Source of the DNA: Alphaproteobacteria bacterium
Lineage (GTDB): Bacteria > Pseudomonadota > Alphaproteobacteria > JAXMDU01
NCBI GenBank assembly: GCA_046348645.1
Contig: JAXMDU010000006.1
Coordinates: forward strand, 26,340 to 90,339
DNA: 64,000 nt
Direction: 5' to 3'
The notes beneath the pieces were generated by a model. The model did no database searches, was not told the DNA's origin, and saw nothing but the letters and a program-made list of their open reading frames with translations. Positions 63,850 to 64,000 of the stretch are shown in pieces. Within the stretch, counting starts at the first letter, position 1. Each line of letters starts with the position of its first letter. The position numbers were made by a program, and so were the translations under genes.

Positions 63850-64000
63850 CAATCGAATGATGCGGGCTTTGCATCGCGTGGCCAGCGGCGGTGCAGCCAC
63901 AGCCATTGCTCGGGGCGGGCGCGGATCCAGGCCTCGATGCGGTTGTTCACGGCGGTCATCATTGCCGCCTCGTCGATCGCGGCGTTGCCGCTGCGCGGCA
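63850..64000 (-). CDS. LpxL/HtrB-family lipid A (lauroyl) acyltransferase, C-terminal 50 aa; 5' end lies outside the window
   Basis: Reverse frame ...AAIDEAAMMTAVNNRIEAWIRARPEQWLWLHRRWPRDAKPASFD* . The PEQWLWLHRRW C-terminus is typical of LpxL-type acyltransferases. Confidence 0.55.

Overview
This is high-GC (~65%) chromosomal DNA, most likely from an alphaproteobacterium (Rhodospirillales-like gene content and synteny: purL-bolA-grxD, DUF1476 zeta subunit, HemJ-like protein, TRAP transporter, cox accessory genes). The window is dense with housekeeping and metabolic genes.

Genes and clusters, in order:
- DAHP synthase C-terminus.
- An NAD salvage pair (NAPRTase-like gene and nadE).
- cysS, cimA, a trmJ-like gene, and rpsD with a clean terminator.
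- A purine cluster (purC-purS-purQ-purL, and purB nearby) with bolA and grxD.
- A complete late queuosine operon (queA-tgt-queF-queG).
- Three paralogous MoxR(CoxD)/VWA(CoxE) chaperone pairs. One lies in a cox-type Mo-hydroxylase accessory cluster (coxG-coxS-coxM-coxD-coxE-xdhC-mocA fusion) that has no large-subunit (coxL) gene.
- A TRAP transporter (dctP plus a fused QM permease).
- A TPP-riboswitch-controlled ABC transporter with an NMT1/THI5-type binding protein (thiZ-thiX-thiY-like).
- Tandem enoyl-CoA hydratase paralogues and tandem EamA transporters.
- Several secreted or membrane hypotheticals.

The most striking global feature is that at least 15 otherwise well-conserved genes, including essential ones such as purB, purC and queA, are broken by 1-bp frameshifts. 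Almost all can be repaired by adding one base to a homopolymer run, which points to systematic sequencing or assembly indel errors rather than real gene decay. Many apparent pseudogenes should be read in that light.

No rRNA, tRNA, CRISPR array, transposase or integrase was seen. The many long antisense ORFs in the track are GC-driven artefacts. In the ORF track, an initial 'M' can stand for a TTG or GTG start.
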